20,000 nt of DNA from an uncultured virus (IMG/VR IMGVR_UViG_3300021185_003028) (lineage: Duplodnaviria > Heunggongvirae > Uroviricota > Caudoviricetes), in the IMG/VR virus record IMGVR_UViG_3300021185_003028; one strand, written 5' to 3'. Position numbers and translations under genes: made by a program. Position 1 is the first letter of the stretch; every line of letters starts with the position of its first letter. Positions 16,398 to 20,000 of this stretch are shown piece by piece. The notes beneath the pieces were generated by a model. It was not told the DNA's origin, searched no databases, and saw nothing but the letters and a program-made list of their open reading frames with translations.

Positions 16398-16438
16398 AGA
16401 AAAAAGAACCCCGCCCGTCCTGAGTCGGGCGAGGTTCG
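16398..16438 (-). terminator. Hairpin plus oligo-T terminator
   Basis: Plus strand aaaaaagaaccccgcccg-tcctgagt-cgggcgaggttc. Confidence 0.65.
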
Positions 16439-16540
16439 GCGACCGTGCGAGAGACCCCGCACGGGGTCGGATTTACGGAGCGGGGGAGGGTTGCCCCTCA
16501 AGCCCGCCCCGACCGTGTCAGAGGGCGTCTAAGAGCCGTC

Positions 16541-17053
16541 TCAAGCGTCCTGTGGGTGAACCTTCACGACTGCGCTGTATGGCTTGACCATGTCGGCTTG
16601 AAGGGTTGCTTTCCATGCCTTGAAGTCAGCGTCGGTCTTCTTGGAGGAGACGATGTGGTGTTCAGCGTGGAACGCTTCAATGGCTTCGTCAGACTCGCCG
16701 TTTTGGCGCATGATGGAGGCGTCAGCGAATGCACGCATGAACTTGTTCATGGCAGGGTTGTTTGAGCCGTGAACAGCAAGCAAGAACGCTTCAAGGTTGA
16801 AGCCGAGTGTGCTCTTGACGGTGGTGGACGCCTTGCCGACGGTGTAGTGTCCGACCATGTCGGTTTCAACGCCTGTGAGGTTGTCGGTGACTGTGTAGTC
16901 GTAGTCGTTGCTTGAGTTCTCGTTTGCTCTGACTGCTTCCATGTCAATTTTCATGTGCTTGCCTACGATTTTGTCGAGGGGTGCAATGACGCTGACCTCA
17001 ATAGCAAGGGTGGTCGGGGTTCGGGCTTCCGTTGTCTTCATCTCTTGGGACAT
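16541..17053 (-). CDS. Hypothetical protein (170 aa), most upstream gene of the early array
   Basis: Long ORF with protein-like composition; TGATATA promoter at the usual spacing. Confidence 0.85.
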   Translation of the reverse strand: MSQEMKTTEARTPTTLAIEVSVIAPLDKIVGKHMKIDMEAVRANENSSNDYDYTVTDNLTGVETDMVGHYTVGKASTTVKSTLGFNLEAFLLAVHGSNNPAMNKFMRAFADASIMRQNGESDEAIEAFHAEHHIVSSKKTDADFKAWKATLQADMVKPYSAVVKVHPQDA

Positions 17054-17220
17054 AACACTCCATTAGTGGACTACTATATCAATGTGTCGTCTATAACCTA
17101 CGAAGGGTATATATACTAAAGCAATGCGGCTCGTTTTCTCGGACATTTCAGAGGCTCGCCGAGGCCGATTTTCACGCATGGGGTCGGCGACCCCTCGCAC
17201 GCCTGACACGCCGCCGCCGC

Positions 17221-17258
17221 ATCCACTTGAACGGTGACGCTGTCAGCCTATAAAGGTT
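17221..17258 (-). repeat. Element E copy, inverted
   Basis: Reverse complement aacctttataggctgacagcgtcaccgttcaagtggat. Confidence 0.85.
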
Positions 17259-17360
17259 GGGGTGCGACTACTTCGTTTGACCTAAAGAGAATGTCAGACC
17301 GATACCTTTATAACCCTTTCGGTGTCGGCCTGCAATAGCGGACGAGAAAGTATCGGAGGG

Positions 17361-17398
17361 AAACCTTTATAGGCTGTCAGCCCTATGTTCAACATGGG
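17361..17398 (+). repeat. Degenerate element E copy
   Basis: aaacctttataggctgtcagccctatgttcaacatggg. Confidence 0.75.
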
Positions 17399-17449
17399 CG
17401 GACGGGCCGACGGGCCGACCCGACAAAAAATCAATCTGAACATCAACAG

Positions 17450-17536
17450 GTATCGGCTAAAGTATCGGCTAAGTCGCAAGTATCGGCTAAATATCAAGAG
17501 CCATCATCAATGGTATCGGCTAAATGTATCGGCTAA
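17450..17536 (+). repeat. GTATCGGCTAA direct repeat, 5 copies
   Basis: Starts at 17450, 17462, 17480, 17513 and 17526. Confidence 0.95.
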
Positions 17537-17607
17537 CTCGACATTCCCATGTCTTCTGTTCAAATCCGATTCCCAAATAAGTCAAATCTCAACGCATCGT
17601 TTCTGAG

Positions 17608-18201
17608 TCACTCATCGTCATTATCGTCTTCGATAACTTCGGCCTCAATCTCAATCGTCCTGAGTTCTTCCTGAACCACTTGCCTGAATTGGTCAATCGG
17701 GTCGTAGCCAATGTTCACCACGACTTGCGGCTTGGCATCCTGAGCACCTGACATTTTGTCTAATTGGTCTTGCTGTTTGATGAGTCCACCCACCATGAAC
17801 GAGACATTGTTGAGGTTGGAGACATTGTCAGCCAATGCGTGTGCCTGATGGATAATGCCCTCCGTCAAATTGAGCATTCTTTTGCGTCTTGCGTAGGAAT
17901 CGAGCCTCAGCCAATCGGTGTCACCCATTTCAGCCTTAGCAATTGTCAGGTGACGAAGGTCTTCGGCTTGTATCCTTGCCAAGCGCATAAGGCGAGTCAC
18001 CGTCTCTTGCGTGAGGCGACTATCCAAATCGGCTTCTCCGAGTCGTCGTCTAACCTCACTTTCTTTGTAGCCCTGTACGAGCAACATGGCAGTCCATCGT
18101 ATCAGAGAATCATCGACGCCGTCGGTCTGTCCTCCGCCCCAAGCGTCAATCGCAGTCACTTCGGATTCAGGGCCTTCGGCCCAATCATCATCGTCGTCCA
18201 T
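17608..18201 (-). CDS. Putative terminase small subunit-like protein (197 aa)
   Basis: HTH-like N-domain (LLVQGYKESEVRRRL..TQETVTRLM), long helices, C-terminal strand PQVVVNIG and acidic tail. Architecture only; start at ATG 18201. Confidence 0.5.
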   Translation of the reverse strand: MDDDDDWAEGPESEVTAIDAWGGGQTDGVDDSLIRWTAMLLVQGYKESEVRRRLGEADLDSRLTQETVTRLMRLARIQAEDLRHLTIAKAEMGDTDWLRLDSYARRKRMLNLTEGIIHQAHALADNVSNLNNVSFMVGGLIKQQDQLDKMSGAQDAKPQVVVNIGYDPIDQFRQVVQEELRTIEIEAEVIEDDNDDE

Positions 18202-18239
18202 GATTGTTTCACGACACCTATCGTTTTTGAGGATTGCGG

Positions 18240-18401
18240 TCATTCGTCTTCGGGACAGGACGGACAAACCATCCCATGTGAAGTGAATAACCACCCGTCT
18301 GTGACGAGCCTTTTCTTGGATGCCCGACCACCCTTTCGACCGCATTGGAGACAGTCAGTGCTCGTGACAATTGGCAAGTCTTTCTGTGTATATCGCTTCA
18401 T
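18240..18401 (-). CDS. Zinc-finger microprotein (53 aa)
   Basis: MKRYTQKDLPIVTSTDCLQCG...DGWLF...VCPSCPEDE; not in the ORF track. Confidence 0.7.
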   Translation of the reverse strand: MKRYTQKDLPIVTSTDCLQCGRKGGRASKKRLVTDGWLFTSHGMVCPSCPEDE

Positions 18402-18422
18402 GGTTTAACCTCTCATCGAACC

Positions 18423-18437
18423 ACCTATTTAATAGGT
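18423..18437. promoter_or_regulatory. Palindromic bidirectional promoter ACCTATT-T-AATAGGT
   Basis: Perfect 7-bp inverted repeat, 21 nt from both divergent ATGs (18401 minus, 18459 plus). Confidence 0.7.
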
Positions 18438-18458
18438 CTGATTCTCGTAGAATCTCCA

Positions 18459-18701
18459 ATGGCAAAGAAGGTTCGGTGGGTCAAGCACCTCAGAATAATA
18501 CCTGCGAACACATGGATGACAGCCGCTCTCATGTCAGACATGATGCGCCATAAGACGGACATAGGAGCACGACAATTGTCAATACGCCTACGAGCCGCAG
18601 TAGCACTCAAAGCAGGCGTTCAGGTGCGCCATATAGCCAACGATTCACGAGAGTATTCGATATTCTCTCACTCGTCGCTCATGGACTATCTCACTTCGTA
18701 A
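18459..18701 (+). CDS. Putative winged-helix DNA-binding protein (80 aa); only credible plus-strand gene
   Basis: WMTAALMSDMM...IGARQLSIRLRAAV..GVQV...SREY resembles a wHTH; start at ATG 18459. Confidence 0.55.
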   Translation: MAKKVRWVKHLRIIPANTWMTAALMSDMMRHKTDIGARQLSIRLRAAVALKAGVQVRHIANDSREYSIFSHSSLMDYLTS

Positions 18702-19008
18702 GAAGGCGAGTGATGATAGCCGCCTTAGTACCCGCAGTATCGACCCCGTGTCCCTCAGCGAATGTGATGAGTTCACTCTTGGTCATTTTGTTGAGTGCGC
18801 TCTTGCTCGGCATTGACTCAACAATCTCCTTAGCATCCTCAACGAAGTCCACCACATCATCAGCCAAGTCTTTGACTTCATCAAGTGTGATTGTTCCATC
18901 GGCCAACGCCGCATCAATCTGTGGTTTAATCAGTAGGTATCGCTTGTAGAGAGCGTAGATGATAACAGCACCCGCTCCGCCAATCAACAGAAGACTTTCA
19001 GTGTTCAT
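18691..19008 (-). CDS. Membrane-anchored protein with C-terminal SAP/HeH-like domain (105 aa)
   Basis: N-terminal TM LLLIGGAGAVIIYALY; C-terminal LNKMTKSELITFAEGHGVDTAGTKAAIITRL. Confidence 0.75.
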   Translation of the reverse strand: MNTESLLLIGGAGAVIIYALYKRYLLIKPQIDAALADGTITLDEVKDLADDVVDFVEDAKEIVESMPSKSALNKMTKSELITFAEGHGVDTAGTKAAIITRLLTK

Positions 19009-19050
19009 GGGCTGTCCTGTGCAGACCACCTATATGAAGTGATATTGTCC

Positions 19051-20000
19051 TCATTGGATTAGACCGTACTGTTGAAGTAACATAATCAATTCGTCATAGG
19101 CATCAGCGAGATTCTGAATATCGACTTGACTGTTTCCTGTCAATTGAGGAGCGGTTGGGAATTGAGGAGGGGGAGGCAATTGAACGGTTTGCGCTCCGAA
19201 GAATCCAAGCGTCCCTGCGTCATTGCTCTCGATAACCCCACTTGCCTTGAAGTCCTTTTGAGCGAAGAACGAACCTGTCGTTCCCATTCCACCTCCGCCC
19301 GTCGGCCTCGTCAAATCCTCCAAGTCAATCTCCTCGATAGCCGCCATAGACACGGCCCAATTCACATAATTCCCGCTTCCCGTCGTGAAACCGAGGTACA
19401 CATCATGTTGCGCTATGTCGGCATTGGGAATCCATTGATTGAGCAGAGTCCACCCACTGCTCGTTTGCAGGCTGAACATTATGTGAGCGGTTATCCGATT
19501 GGTTGAATTGCTGATATAGACTTGAATAGCCGCTCCATCGTAGGTGTTGCCTTCTACGAGCCTGAACTTGGTGAACGGAACACCACTTCCATAGCCCGAT
19601 ACGGACAGTAGGTTGATTTGATTGCCACCGTCACGACCGTAGTGGTGGCCGACTTCAATTCGGCACGCACGGTGTCGCCCTGACGATGTATCAGCGAGGA
19701 AGAATTGACCCATTGCTCGTTGAGCATTGTTGAGGTCACGCCCCTTGACAAGTGCAAAAGTCCACCATCCAACGGAGAGGTTTGTTTGTTGGCTTGATAT
19801 GTCGTACACCTCAGTCGGCAGAGAGCCAGTCCCCGAAGAGCCAGTAGCACCTTGAGCACCAGTAGCACCAGTCGGGCCTTGAGGGCCGACAGGGCCTTGA
19901 GCACCATCCGCACCATCAGAACCATCCGCACCATCAGCCCCCGCAGGGCCAGTAGGGCCAGTAGGGCCTTGAGGGCCTTGAGGGCCGTGAGGGCCAGTAG
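19051..20000 (-). CDS. Collagen-repeat tail/head fibre protein, 5' end outside the window
   Basis: The frame of the 19051-19809 ORF stays open to the window end, with about 19 Gly-X-Y triplets ([24 protein letters not shown]...) followed by a beta-rich domain. Confidence 0.88.
   Translation of the reverse strand, partial: TGPHGPQGPQGPTGPTGPAGADGADGSDGADGAQGPVGPQGPTGATGAQGATGSSGTGSLPTEVYDISSQQTNLSVGWWTFALVKGRDLNNAQRAMGQFFLADTSSGRHRACRIEVGHHYGRDGGNQINLLSVSGYGSGVPFTKFRLVEGNTYDGAAIQVYISNSTNRITAHIMFSLQTSSGWTLLNQWIPNADIAQHDVYLGFTTGSGNYVNWAVSMAAIEEIDLEDLTRPTGGGGMGTTGSFFAQKDFKASGVIESNDAGTLGFFGAQTVQLPPPPQFPTAPQLTGNSQVDIQNLADAYDELIMLLQQYGLIQ

Noticed and set aside
6761..17053. Integron cassette array
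   Set aside because: No attC-like R''/R' palindromes and no integrase; cassettes carry their own promoters.
17450..17536. GTATCGGCTAA cluster as a mini-CRISPR
   Set aside because: The repeat is only 11 bp with irregular 1-22 bp gaps.
6650..18408. Long plus-strand ORFs such as 6650-7345, 9709-10230 and 17764-18408
   Set aside because: They are antisense shadows of better-supported minus-strand genes and have no recognisable motifs.
19554..19934. 126-aa [14 protein letters not shown]...
   Set aside because: It is an out-of-frame reading of the collagen repeat.

Overview
Fragment of a tailed dsDNA archaeal virus genome, most consistent with a marine Poseidoniales (MG-II) 'magrovirus'-type virus. 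That assignment is inference from a PolB plus RFC clamp loader, BRE/TATA promoters, leaderless genes, GGTGA Shine-Dalgarno sites and a non-halophilic proteome. Almost all genes are on the minus strand. 1-6560 is a replication/repair block: PolB running off the left edge (missed by the ORF track), a MazG/dUTPase-like all-alpha protein, a pyrimidine-dimer glycosylase-like protein, RFC and a SprT protease. About 6600-17550 is a modular early/accessory region of small, mostly individually promoted, leaderless genes, punctuated by about 12 copies of a ~40-bp TATA-containing element. Two of the promoters drive structured non-coding RNAs instead of ORFs (~620 nt and ~112 nt with a pseudoknot). The region also holds an AT-rich origin-like site and two clusters of GTATCGGCTAA repeats. 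17608-20000 holds a TerS-like gene, a divergent Zn-finger/wHTH pair, a membrane-anchored SAP/HeH protein and a collagen-repeat fibre running off the right edge. All calls are by eye; no searches were run.
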